Source: Eledone cirrhosa (taxonomy: Eukaryota). From it: a stretch of 64,000 bases of DNA. The notes below the pieces were generated by a model that was given only the letters and a program-made list of their open reading frames with translations, was not told the DNA's origin and made no database searches. Shown piece by piece: positions 38,701 to 52,300 of the stretch (positions are counted from its first letter, which is position 1; each line of letters opens with the position of its first letter). The DNA is taken from positions 3,038,001 to 3,102,000 of the forward strand of contig OZ024741.1 of assembly GCA_964016885.1 (NCBI GenBank), read 5' to 3'. The translations under genes and the position numbers were made by a program.

Positions 38701-41700
38701 TAGATTTTCGACTGTCCAGTTCTCCTCACACTTTCTTCTCCGAAGACCTTCTACTGTCCAGCTCTCCTCACAGTTTCTTCTCTGAAGACCTTCTACTGTC
38801 CAGCTCTCCTCACAGTTTCTTTTCTGAAGCCCTTCTACTGTCCAGCTCTCCTCACAGTTTCTTTTCTGAAGACCTTCTACTGTCCAGTTCTCCTCACACT
38901 TTCTTCTTTGAAGACCTTCTACTGTCCAGCTCTCCTCACAGTTTCTTCTCTGAAGACCTTCTACTGTCCAGCTCTCCTCACAGTTTCTTCTCTGAAGAGC
39001 TTCTACTGTTCAGCTCCCCTCACAGTTTATTCTATGTAGATCTTCTACTGTCCAGTTCTCCTCACACTTTCTTCTCTGAAGATCTTCTACTGTCCAGCTC
39101 TCCTCACACTTTCTTCTCTGAAGACCTTCTGCTGCCAGCTCTCCTCACATTTTCTTCTCTGAAGACCTTCTACTGTCCAGCTCTCCTCACAGTTTCTTCT
39201 CTGAAGTTCTACTACTGTCCAGCTCTCCTCACATTTTCTGCTCTGAAGACCTTCTGTTGTCCAGCTCTCCTCACAGATTCTTCTCTGAAGACATTCTACT
39301 GTCCAGCTCTCCTCACAGCTTCTTCTCTGAAGACCTTCTCCTGTCCAGCTCTCCTCACAGTTTCTTCTCTGAAGATCTTCTACTGTCCAGCTATCCTCAC
39401 AGTTTCTTCTCTGAAGACCTTCTACTGTCCAGCTCTCCTCATAATTTCTTCTCTGAAGACCTTCTGCTGTCCAGCTCTCCTCACAGTTTCTTCTCTGAAG
39501 ACCTTCTACTGTCTAGCTCTCCAGACACTTTCTTCTCTTAAGACCTTCTACTCTCCAGCTCTCCTCACAGTTTCTTCTCTGAAGACCTTCTACTGTCCAG
39601 CTCTCCTCACAGTTTCTTCTCTGAAGACCTTTTACTGTCCAGCTCTCCTCACAGTTTCGTCTCTGACGTTCTACTACTTTCCAGCTCTCCTCACAGTTTC
39701 TTCTCTGAAGACCTCCTGCTGACCAGCTTTCCTCACAGTTTCTTCTCTGAAGACCTTTTACTGTTCATCTCTCCTCACACTTTCTTCTCTGAAGACCTTC
39801 TACTGTACAGCTCTCCTCACAGTTTCTTCTCTGAAGACCTTCTACTGTCCAGCTCTCCTCACAGTTTCTTCTCTGAAGAGCTTCTACTGTTAAGCTCCCC
39901 TGACAGTTTATTCTCTGAAGATCTTCTACTGTCCAGCTCTCCTCACACTTTCTTCTCTGAGGACCTTCTGCTGTCCAGCTCTCCTCACCTTTTCTTCTCT
40001 GAAGACCTTCTACTGTCCAGCTCTCCTCACAGTTTCTTCTCTGAAGTTCTACTAATGTCCAGCTCTCCTCACATTTTCTACTCTGAAGACCTTCTGTTGT
40101 CCAGCTCTCCTCACAGATTCTTCTCTGAAGAGTTTCTACTGTCCAGCTCTCCTCACAGTTTCTTCTCTGAAGACCTTCTGCTGTCCAGCTCTCCTCATAA
40201 TTTCTTCTCTGAAGACCTTCTGCTGTCCAGCTCTCCTCACAGTTTCTTCTCTGAAGACCTGCTGCTGTCCTGCTCTCCTCACAGTTTCTTCTTTGAAGAT
40301 CTTCTACTGTCCAGCTCTCCTCACAGTTTCTTCTGTGAAGCCCTTCTACTGTCCAGCTCTCCTCACTGTTTCTTCTCTGAAGACCTTCTACTGTTCAGCT
40401 CCCCTCACAGTTTATTCTCTGAAGATCTTCTACTGTCCAGTTCTCCTCACACTTTCTTCTCTGAAGACCTTCTGTTGTCCAACTCTCCTCACAGATTCTT
40501 CTCTGAACGCCTTCTACTGTCCAGCTCTCCTCACAGTTTCTTCTCTGAAGACCTTTTACTGTTCATCTCTCCTCACAGTTTCTTGTCTGAAGACCTTCTG
40601 CTGTATAGCTCTCCTCACACTTTCTTCTCTGAAGACCTACTGCTGTCCAGCTCTCCTCACAGTTTCTTCTATGAAGATCTTCTACTGTCCAGCTCTCCTC
40701 ATAATTTCTTCTCTGAAGACCTTCTGCTGTCCAGCTCTCCTCACAGTTTCTTCTCTGAAGACCTTCTACTGTCTAGCTCTCCAGACACTTTCTTCTCTTA
40801 AGACCTTCTACTCTCCATCTCTCCTCACAGTTTCTTCTCTGAAGACCTTCTACTGTCCAGCTCTCCTCACAGTTTCTTCTCTGAAGACCTTTTACTGTCC
40901 AGCTCTCCTCACAGTTTCGTCTCTGACGTTCTACTACTTTCCAGCTCTCCTCACAGTTTCTTCTCTGAAGACCTCCTGCTGACCAGCTCTCCTCACAGTT
41001 TCTTCTCTGAAGACCTTTTACTGTTCATCTCTCCTCACAGTTTCTTGTCTGAAGACCTTCTGCTGTATAGCTCTCCTCACACTTTCTTCTCTGAAGACCT
41101 TCTACTGTACAGCTCTCCTCACAGTTTCTTCTCTGAAGACCTTCTACTGTCCAGCTCTCCTCACAGTTTCTTCTCTGAAGAGCTTCTACTGTTAAGCTCC
41201 CCTGACAGTTTATTCTCTGAAGATCTTCTACTGTCCAGCTCTCCTCACACTTTCTTCTCTGAGGACCTTCTGCTGTCCAGCTCTCCTCACCTTTTCTTCT
41301 CTGAAGACCTTCTACTGTCCAGCTCTCCTCACAGTTTCTTCTCTGAAGTTCTACTAATGTCCAGCTCTCCTCACATTTTCTACTCTGAAGACCTTCTGTT
41401 GTCCAGCTCTCCTCACAGCTTCTTCTCTGAAGAGTTTCTACTGTCCAGCTCTCCTCACAGTTTCTTCTCTGAAGACCTTCTGCTGTCCAGCTCTCCTCAC
41501 ACTTTCTTCTCTGAAGACCTGCTGCTGTCCTGCTCTCCTCACAGTTTCTTCTTTGAAGATCTTCTACTGTCCAGCTCTCCTCACAGTTTCTTCTGTGAAG
41601 ACATTCTACTGTCCAGCTCTCCTCATAATTTCTTCTCTGAAGACCTTCTGCTGTCCAGCTCTCCTCACAGTTTCTTCTCTGAAGACCTTCTACTGTCCAG

Positions 41701-44700
41701 CTCACCTCACAGTTTCTTCTCTGAAGACCTTCTGTTGTCCAGCTCTCCTCACAGTTTGTTCTCTGAAAACCTTTTACTGTCCAGCTCTCGTCATCATTTC
41801 TTCTGTGCAGACCTTCTACTGTCCAGCTCTCCTCACACTTTCTTCTCTGAAGACCTTCTGTTGTCCAGCTCTCCTCACAGATTCTTCTCTGAACGCCTTC
41901 TACTGTCCAGCTCTCCTCACAGTTTCTTCTCTGAAGACCTTCTACTGTCCAGCTCTCCTAACAGTTTCTTCTCTGAAGACCTTCTACTGTCCAGCTCTCC
42001 TCACACTTTCTTCTCTGAAGACCTTCTGTTGTCCAGCTCTCCTCACAGATTCTTCTCTGAACGCCTTCTACTGTCCAGCTCTCCTCACACTTTCTTCTCT
42101 GAAGATCTTCTACTGTCCAGCTCTCCTCACACTTTCTTCTCTGAAGATCTTCTGCTGTCCAGCTCTACTCACATTTTCTTCTCTGCAGACCTTCTACTGT
42201 CCAGCTCTCCTCACACTTTCTCCTCTGAAGACCTTCTGTTGTCCAGCTCTCCTCACAGATTCTTCTCTGAACGCCTTCTACTGTCCAGTTCTCCTCACAC
42301 TTTCTTCTTTGAAGACCTTCTTCTGCCCAGCTCTCCTCACAGTTTCTTCTCTGAAGACCTTCTACTGTCCAGCTCTCCTCACTGTTTCTTCTCTGAAGAC
42401 CTTCTACTGTTCAGCTCCCCTCACAGTTTATTCTCTGAAGATCTTCTACTGTCCAGTTCTCCTCACACTTTCTTCTCTGAAGATCTTCTACTGTCCAGAT
42501 CTCCTCACAATTTCTTCTCTGAAGACCTTCTGCTGTCCAGCTCTCCTCACATTTTCTTCTCTGAAGACCTTCTACTGTCCAGCTCTCCTCACAGTTTCTT
42601 CTCTGATGTTCTACTACTGTCCAGCTCTCCTCACATTTTCTGCTCTGAAGACCTTCTGTTGTCCAGCACTCCTCACAGATTCTTCTCTGAAGACATTCTA
42701 CTGTCCAGCTCTCCTCATAATTTCTTCTCTAAAGACCTTCTCCTGTCCAGCTCTCCTCACACTTTCTTCCTCTGAAGTTCTACTGCTGTCCAGCTCTCCT
42801 CACATTTTCTTCTTTGAAGACCTTCTACTGTCCAGCTCTCCTCACAGTTTCTTCTCTGAATACCTTCTGTTGTCCAGCTCTCCTCACAGTTTCTTCTCTG
42901 AAGACCTTCTACTGTCCAGCTCTCCTCACAGTTTCTTCTCTGAAGACCTTCTACTGTCCAGCTCTCCTCACAGTTTCTTCTCTGAATACCTTCTGTTGTC
43001 CAGCTCTCCTCAGTTTCTTCTCTGAAGACCTTCTACTGTCCAGCTCTCCTCACAGTTTCTTCTCTGAAGACCTTCTACTGTCCAGCTCTCGTCATCATTT
43101 CTTCTCTGCAGACCTTCTACTGTCCAGCTCTCCTCACAGTTTCTTCTCTGAATACCTTCTGTTGTCCAGCTCTCCTCACAGTTTCTTCTCTGAAGACCTT
43201 CTACTGTCCAGCCCTCCTCACACTTTCTTTTCTGAAGCCCTTCTACTGTCCAGCTCTCCTCACAGTTTCTTCTCTGAAGACCTTCTACTGTCCAGCTCTC
43301 CTCACAGTTTCTTCTCTAAAGACCTACTGTCCCGCTCTCCTTACAGTTTCTTTTCTGAAGACCTTCTGCTGCCCAGCACTCCTCACAGTTTCTTCTCTGA
43401 ACACCTTCTACTGTCCAGGTCTCCTCACAGTTTCTTCTCTGAAGTCCTTCTTCTGTCCAGCTCTCCTCAAAGTTTCTTCTCTGAAGACCTTCTACTGTCC
43501 AGCTCTCCTCACAGTTTCTTCTCTGAAGAGCTTCTACTGTTCAGCTCCCCTCACAGTTTATTCTCTGTAGATCTTCTACGGTCCAGTTCTCCTCACACTT
43601 TCTTCTCTGAAGATCTTCTACTGTCCAGCTCTCGTCACACTTTCTTCTCTGAAGACTTTCTGCTGTCCAGCTCTCCTCACATTTTCTTCTCTGAAGACCT
43701 TCTACTATCCAGCTCTCCTCACAGTTTCTTCTCTGAAGTTCTACTACTGTCCAGCTCTCCTCACATTTTCTGCTCTGAAGACCTTCTGTTGTCCAGCTCT
43801 CCTCACAGATTCTTCTCTGAAGACATTCTACTGTCCAGCTCTCCTCACAGTTTCTTCTCTGAAGACCTTCTCCTGTCCAGCTCTCCTCACAGTTTCTTCT
43901 CTGAAGACCTACTGCTGTCCAGCTCTCCTCACACTTTCTTCTCTTAAGACCTTCTACTCTCCAGCTCTCCTCACAGTTTCTTCTATGAAGAACTTCTACT
44001 GTCCAGCTCTCCTCACAGTTTCTTCTCTGAAGACCTTCTACTGTCCAGCTCTCCTCACAGTTTCGTCTCAGAAGAGATTCTACTGTCCAGTTCTCCTAAC
44101 AGTTTCTTCTCTGAAGTTCTACTACTTTCCAGCTCTCCTCAGTTTCTTCTCTGAAGAGTTCCTGCTGACCAGCTCTCCTCACAGTTTCTTCTCTGAAGTC
44201 CTTTTACTGTTCATCTCTCCTCACAGTTTCTTGTCTGAAGACCTTCTGCTGTATAGCTCTCCTCACACTTTCTTCTCTGAAGACCTTCTACTGTACAGCT
44301 CTCCTCACGGTTTCTTCTCTGAAGACCTTCTACTGTCCAGCTCTCCTCACAGTTTCTTCTCTGAAGACCTTCTACTGTCCAGCTCTCGTCATCATTTCTT
44401 CTCTGCAGACTTTCTACTGTCCAGCTCTCCTCACAGTTTCTTCTCTGTAGATTTTCGACTGTCCAGTTCTCCTCACACTTTCTTCTCCGAAGACCTTCTA
44501 CTGTCCAGCTCTCCTCACAGTTTCTTCTCTGAAGACCTTCTACTGTCCAGCTCTCCTCACAGTTTCTTTTCTGAAGCCCTTCTACTGTCCAGCTCTCCTC
44601 ACAGTTTCTTTTCTGAAGACCTTCTACTGTCCAGTTCTCCTCACAGTTTCTTCTCTGAAGACCTTCTACTGTCCAGCTCTCCTCACTGTTTCTTCTCTGA

Positions 44701-46385
44701 AGAGCTTCTACTGTTCAGCTCCCCTCACAGTTTATTCTATGTAGATCTTCTACTGTCCAGTTCTCCTCACACTTTCTTCTCTGAAGATCTTCTACTGTCC
44801 AGCTCTCCTCACACTTTCTTCTCTGAAGACCTTCTGCTGCCAGCTCTCCTCACATTTTCTTCTCTGAAGACCTTCTACTGTCCAGCTCTCCTCACAGTTT
44901 CTTCTCTGAAGTTCTACTACTGTCCAGCTCTCCTCACATTTTCTGCTCTGAAGACCTTCTGTTGTCCAGCTCTCCTCACAGATTCTTCTCTGAAGACATT
45001 CTACTGTCCAGCTCTCCTCACAGCTTCTTCTCTGAAGACCTTCTCCTGTCCAGCTCTCCTCACAGTTTCTTCTCTGAAGATCTTCTACTGTCCAGCTATC
45101 CTCACAGTTTCTTCTCTGAAGACCTTCTACTGTCCAGCTCTCCTCATAATTTCTTCTCTGAAGACCTTCTGCTGTCCAGCTCTCCTCACAGTTTCTTCTC
45201 TGAAGACCTTCTACTGTCTAGCTCTCCAGACACTTTCTTCTCTTAAGACCTTCTACTCTCCAGCTCTCCTCACAGTTTCTTCTCTGAAGACCTTCTACTG
45301 TCCAGCTCTCCTCACAGTTTCTTCTCTGAAGACATTTTACTGTCCAGCTCTCCTCACAGTTTCGTCTCTGACGTTCTACTACTTTCCAGCTCTCCTCACA
45401 GTTTCTTCTCTGAAGACCTCCTGCTGACCAGCTTTCCTCACAGTTTCTTCTCTGAAGACCTTTTACTGTTCATCTCTCCTCACACTTTCTTCTCTGAAGA
45501 CCTTCTACTGTACAGCTCTCCTCACAGTTTCTTCTCTGAAGACCTTCTACTGTCCAGCTCTCCTCACAGTTTCTTCTCTGAAGAGCTTCTACTGTTAAGC
45601 TCCCCTGACAGTTTATTCTCTGAAGATCTTCTACTGTCCAGCTCTCCTCACACTTTCTTCTCTGAGGACCTTCTGCTGTCCAGCTCTCCTCACCTTTTCT
45701 TCTCTGAAGACCTTCTACTGTCCAGCTCTCCTCACAGTTTCTTCTCTGAAGTTCTACTAATGTCCAGCTCTCCTCACATCTTCTACTCTGAAGACCTTCT
45801 GTTGTCCAGCTCTCCTCACAGATTCTTCTCTGAAGAGTTTCTACTGTCCAGCTCTCCTCACAGTTTCTTCTCTGAAGACCTTCTGCTGTCCAGCTCTCCT
45901 CACACTTTCTTCTCTGAAGACCTGCTGCTGTCCTGCTCTCCTCACAGTTTCTTCTTTGAAGATCTTCTACTGTCCAGCTCTCCTCACAGTTTCTTCTGTG
46001 AAGACATTCTACTGTCCAGCTCTCCTCATAATTTCTTCTCTGAAGACCTTCTGCTGTCCAGCTCTCCTCACAGTTTCTTCTCTGAAGACCTGCTGCTGTC
46101 CTGCTCTCCTCACAGTTTCTTCTTTGAAGATCTTCTACTGTCCAGCTCTCCTCACAGTTTCTTCTGTGAAGCCCTTCTACTGTCCAGCTCTCCTCACTGT
46201 TTCTTCTCTGAAGACCTTCTACTGTTCAGCTCCCCTCACAGTTTATTCTCTGAAGATCTTCTACTGTCCAGTTCTCCTCACACTTTCTTCTCTGAAGACC
46301 TTCTGTTGTCCAACTCTCCTCACAGATACTTCTCTGAACGCCTTCTACTGTCCAGCTCTCCTCACAGTTTCTTCTCTGAAGACCT
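34700..46385. repeat. Higher-order duplication, period ~5.7-5.9 kb (~34700-40550 vs ~40620-46385)
   Basis: ORF pair offsets: 35109/41025 and 35637/41553 = 5916; 37024/42814 = 5790; 38238/43985 = 5747; 39257/44962 and 40055/45760 = 5705. Shared 1-bp deletion ctgctgccagc at ~39134 and ~44839. Confidence 0.92.
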
Positions 46386-49300
46386 TCTACTGTCCAGCTC
46401 TCCTAACAGTTTCTTCTCTGAAGACCTTCTACTGTCCAGCTCTCCTCACACTTTCTTCTCTGAAGACCTTCTGTTGTCCAGCTCTCCTCACAGATTCTTC
46501 TCTGAACGCCTTCTACTGTCCAGCTCTCCTCACACTTTCTTCTCTGAAGGTCTTCTACTGTCCAGCTCTCCTCACACTTTCTTCTCTGAAGACCTCCTGC
46601 TGTCCAGCTCTCCTCACATTTTCTTCTCTAAAGACCTTCTACTGTCCAGCTCTCCTCACAGTTTCTTCTCTGAAGTTCTACTACTGTCCAGCTCTCCTCA
46701 CATTTTCTGCTCTGAAGACCTTCTGTTGTCCAGCTCTCCTCACAGATTCTTCTCTGAAGACATTCTACTGTCCAGCTCTCCTCATAATTTCTTCTCTGAA
46801 GACCTTCTGCTGTCCAGCTCTCCTCACAGTTTCTTCTCTGAAGACCTTCTACTGTCCAGCTCACCTCACAGTTTCTTCTCTGAAGATCTGCTGCTGTCCA
46901 GCTCTCCTCACAGTTTCTTCTTTGAAGATCTTCTACTGTCCAGCTCACCTCACAGTTTCTTCTCTGAAGATCTGCTGCTGTCCAGCTCACCTCACAGTTT
47001 CTTCTTTGAAGATCTTCTACTGTCCAGCTCTCCTCACAGTTTCTTCTGTGAAGACATTCTACTGTCCAGCTCTCCTCATAATTTCTTCTCTGAAGACCTT
47101 CTGCTGTCCAGCTCTCCTCACAGTTTCTCCTCTGAAGACCTTCTACTGTCCAGCTCACCTCACAGTTTCTTCTCTGAAGACCTTCTGTTGTCCAGCTCTC
47201 CTCACAGTTTCTTCTCTGAAGACCTTTTACTGTCCAGCTCTCGTCATAATTTCTTCTCTGCAGACCTTCTACTGTCCAGCTCTCCTCACACTTTCTTCTC
47301 TGAATATCTTCTACTGTCCAGTTCTCCTCACACTTTCTTCTCTGAAGATCTTCTACTGTCCAGCTCTCCTCACACTTTCTTCTCTGAAGACCTTCTGTTG
47401 TCCAGCTCTCCTCACATTTTCTTCTCTGAAGACCTTCTACTGTCCAGCTCTCCTCACAGTTTCTTCTCTGAAGTTCTACTAATGTCCAGCTCTCACATTT
47501 TCTACTCTGAAGACCTTCTGTTGTCCAGCTCTCCTCACACTTTCTTCTCTGATGACCTGCTGCTGTCCAGCTCTCCTCACAGTTTCTTCTCTGAAGATCT
47601 TCTACATTCCAGCTCTCCTCACAGTTTCTTTTGTGAAGACATTCTACTGTCCAGCTCTCCTCATAATTTATTCTCTGAAGACCTTCTGCTGTCCAGCTCT
47701 ACTCACAGTTTCTTCTCTGAAGACCTTCTACTGTCTAGTTCTCCGGACAGTTTCTTCTCTGAAGACCTTCTACTCTCCAGCTCTTGTCACACTTTCTTCT
47801 CTGAAGACCTTCTACTGTCCAGCTCTCCTCATGATTTCTTCTCTGAAGACCTTCTACTGTCCAGCTCTCCTCACAGTTTCTTCTGTGAAGACATTCTACT
47901 GTCCAGCTCTCCTCATAATTTCTTCTCTGAAGACCTACTGCTGTCCAGCTCTCCTTACACTTTCTTCTTTGAAAACCATCTACTGTCCAGCTCTCCTCAC
48001 AGTTTCTTCTCTGAAGACCTACTGTCCAGCTCTCCTCACAGTTTCTTCTCTGATGTTTTACTCCTGTCCAGCTCTCCTCATAGTTTCTTCTCTGAAGACC
48101 TTCTACTGTCCAGCTCTCCTCACAGTTTCTTCTCTGAAGAGCTTCTACTGTTCAGCTCCACTGACAGTTTATTCTCTGAAGATCTTCTACTGTCCAGCTC
48201 TCCTCACAGTTTCTTCTCTGAAGACCTTCTGTTGTCCAGCTCTCCTCACAGTTTCTTCTCTGAAGACCTTCTACTGTCCAGCTCTCCTCACAGATTCTTC
48301 TCTGAAGTCTTTCTACTGTACAGCTCTCCTCACAGTTTCTTCTCTGAAGACCTTCTACTGTCCAGCTCCTCACAGTTTCTTCTCTGAAGACCTTCTATTG
48401 TCCAGTTCCTCTCACAGTTTCTTCTCTGAAGACCTTCTTCTGTCCTGCTCTCCTCACAGTTTCTTCTCTGAAGAACTTCTACTGTCCAGTTCCTCTCACA
48501 GTTTCATCTCTGAAGACCTTCTTCTGTCCAGCTCTCCTCACAGTTTCTTCTCTGAAGACATTCTACTGTCCAGCTCTCCTCGCAGATTCTTCTCTGAAGA
48601 GCTTCTACTGTTCAGCTCCCATCACAGTTTATTCTCTGAAGATTTTCTACTGTCCAGCTCTCCTCATGATTTCTTCTCTGAAGACCTTCTACTGTCCAGC
48701 TCTCCTCACAGTTTCTTCTCAGAAGAGATTCTACTGTCCAGCTCTCCTAACAGTTTCTTGTCTGAAGTTCTTCTACTGTCCAGCACTCCTCACAGTTTCT
48801 TCTCTGAAGTCCTTCTACTGTCCATCTCTCCTCACAGTTTCTTGTCTGAAGACCTTCTGCTGTATAGCTCTCCTCACAGTTTCTTCTCTGAAGACCTACT
48901 CTCCAGCTCTCCTCATCATTTCTTCTCTGGAGACCTTCTACTGTCCAGCTCTCCTCACAGTTTATTCTCTGAAGATCTTCTACTGTCCAGTTCTCCTCAC
49001 ACTTTCTTCTCTGAAGATCTTCTACTGTCCAGATCTCCTCACAATTTCTTCTCTGAAGACCTTCTGCTGTCCAGCTCTCCTCACATTTTCTTCTCTGAAG
49101 ACCTTCTACTGTCCAGCTCTCCTCACAGTTTCTTCTCTGAAGTTCTACTACTGTCCAGCTCTCCTCACATTTTCTGCTCTGAAGACCTTCTGTTGTACAG
49201 CACTCCTCACAGATTCTTCTCTGAAGACATTCTACTGTCCAGCTCTCCTCACAGTTCCTTCTCTAAAGACCTTCTCTGTCCAGCTCTCCTCACACTTTCT

Positions 49301-52300
49301 TCTCTGAAGTTCTACTGCTGTCCAGCTCTCCTCACAGTTTCTTCTCTGAAGACCTTCTACTGTCCAACTCTCCTCACTGTTTCTTCTCTGAAGACCTTCT
49401 ACTGTTCAGCTCCCCTCACAGTTTATTCTCTGAAGATCTTCTACTGTCCAGTTCTCCTCACACTTTCTTCTCTGAAGATCTTCTACTGTCCAGCTCTCCT
49501 CACAGTTTCTTCTCTGAATACCTTCTGTTGTCCAGCTCTCCTCACAGTTTCTTCTCTGAAGACCTTCTACTGTCCAGCTCTCCTCACAGTTTCTTCTCTG
49601 AAGACCTTCTACTGTCCAGCTCTCCTCACAGTTTCTTCTCTGAATACCTTCTGTTGTCCAGCTCTCCTCACAGTTTCTTCTCTGAAGCCCTTCTACTGTC
49701 CAGCTCTCCTCACAGTTTCTTCTCTGAAAACCTTCTACTGTCCAGCTCTCGTCATCATTTCTTCTCTGCAGACCTTCTACTGTCCAGCTCTCCTCACAGT
49801 TTCTTCTCTGTAGATTTTCGACTGTCCAGCTCTCTCTCACAGTTTCTTCTCTGAAGACCTTCTACTGTCCAGCCCTCCTCACACTTTCTTTTCTGAAGCC
49901 CTTCTACTGTCCAGCTCTCCTCACAGTTTCTTCTCTGAAGACCTTCTACTGTCCAGTTCTCCTCACACTTTCTTCTTTGAAGACCTTCTACTGTCCAGCT
50001 CTCCTCACAGTTTCTTCTCTAAAGACCTACTGTCCCGCTCTCCTTACAGTTTCTTTTCTGAAGACCTTCTGCTGCCCAGCACACCTCACAGTTTCTTCTC
50101 TGAACACCTTCTAATGTCCAGGTCTCCTCACAGTTTCTTCTCTGAAGTCCTTCTTCTGTCCAGCTCTCCTCACAGTTTCTTCTCTGAAGACCTTCTACTG
50201 TCCAGCTCTCCTCACAGTTTCTTCTCTGAAGAGCTTGTACTGTTCAGCTCCCCTCACAGTTTATTCTCTGTAGATCTTCTACTGTCCAGCTCTCGTCACA
50301 CTTTCTTCTCTGAAGACTTTCTGCTGTCCAGCTCTCCTCACATTTTCTTCTCTGAAGACCTTCTACTGTCCAGCTCTCCTCACAGTTTCTTCTCTGAAGT
50401 TCTACTACTGTCCAGCTCTCCTCACATTTTCTGCTCTGAAGACCTTCTGTTGTCCAGCTCTCCTCACAGATTCTTCTCTGAAGACATTCTACTGTCCAGC
50501 TCTCCTCACAGTTTCTTCTCTGAAGACCTTCTCCTGTCCAGCTCTCCTCACAGTTTCTTCTCTGAAGACCTACTGCTGTCCAGCTCTCCTCACAGTTTCT
50601 TCTCTGAAGATCTTCTACTGTCCAGCTCTCCTCACAGTTTCTTCTGTGAAGACCTTCTGCTGTCCAGCTCTCCTCACAGTTTCTTCTCTGAAGACCTTCT
50701 ATTGTCTAGCTCTCCAGACACTTTCTTCTCTTAAGACCTTCTACTGTCCAGTTCTCCTCACAGTTTCTTCTCTGAAGTTCTACTACTTTCCAGCTCTCCT
50801 CAGTTTCTTCTCTGAAGAGCTCCTGCTGACCAGCTCTCCTCACAGTTTCTTCTCTGAAGTCCTTCTGCTGTATAGCTCTCCTCACACTTTCTTCTCTGAA
50901 GACCTTCTACTGTACAGCTCTCCTCACGGTTTCTTCTCTGAAGACCTTCTACTGTCCAGCTCTCCTCACAGTTTCTTCTCTGAATACCTTCTGTTGTCCA
51001 GCTCTCCTCACAGTTTCTTCTCTGAAGACCTTCTACTGTACAGCTCTCCTCACACTTTCTTCTCTGAAGACCTTCTACTGTCCAGCTCTCCTCACAGTTT
51101 CTTCTCTGAATACCTTCTACTGTCCAGCTCTCGTCATCATTTCTTCTCTGCAGACCTTCTACTGTCCAGCTCTCCTCACAGTTTCTTCTCTGTAGATTTT
51201 CGACTGTCCAGTTCTCCTCACACTTTCTTCTCCGAAGACCTTCTACTGTCCAGCTCTCCTCACAGTTTCTTCTCTGAAGACCTTCTACTGTCCAGCTCTC
51301 CTCACAGTTTCTTTTCTGAAGCCCTTCTACTGTCCAGCTCTCCTCACAGTTTCTTTTCTGAAGACCTTCTACTGTCCAGTTCTCCTCACACTTTCTTCTT
51401 TGAAGACCTTCTACTGTCCAGCTCTCCTCACAGTTTCTTCTCTGAAGACCTTCTACTGTCCAGCTCTCCTCACAGTTTCTTCTCTGAAGAGCTTCTACTG
51501 TTCAGCTCCCCTCACAGTTTATTCTATGTAGATCTTCTACTGTTCAGTTCTCCTCACACTTTCTTCTCTGAAGATCTTCTACTGTCCAGCTCTCCTCACA
51601 CTTTCTTCTCTGAAGACCTTCTGCTGCCAGCTCTCCTCACATTTTCTTCTCTGAAGACCTTCTACTGTCCAGCTCTCCTCACAGTTTCTTCTCTGAAGTT
51701 CTACTACTGTCCAGCTCTCCTCACATTTTCTGCTCTGAAGACCTTCTGTTGTCCAGCTCTCCTCACAGCTTCTTCTCTGAAGACCTTCTCCCGTCCAGCT
51801 CTCCTCACACTTTCCTCTCTGAAGGCCTACTGCTGTCTAGCTCTCCTCACAGTTTCTTCTCTGAAGATCTTCTACTGTCCAGCTATCCTCACAGTTTCTT
51901 CTCTGAAGACCTTCTACTGTCCAGCTCTCCTCATAATTTCTTCTCTGAAGACCTTCTGCTGTCCAGCTCTCCTCACAGTTTCTTCTCTGAAGACCTTCTA
52001 CTGTCTAGCTCTCCAGACACTTTCTTCTCTTAAGACCTTCTACTCTCCAGCTCTCCTCACAGTTTCTTCTCTGAAGACCTTCTACTGTCCAGCTCTCCTC
52101 ACAGTTTCTTCTCTGAAGACCTTCTACTGTCCAGCTCTCCTCACAGTTTCGTCTCTGACGTTCTACTACTTTCCAGCTCTCCTCACAGTTTCTTCTCTGA
52201 AGACCTCCTGCTGACCAGATCTCCTCACAGTTTCTTCTCTGAAGACCTTTTACTGTTCATCTCTACTCACAGTTTCTTGTCTGAAGACCTTCTGCTGTAT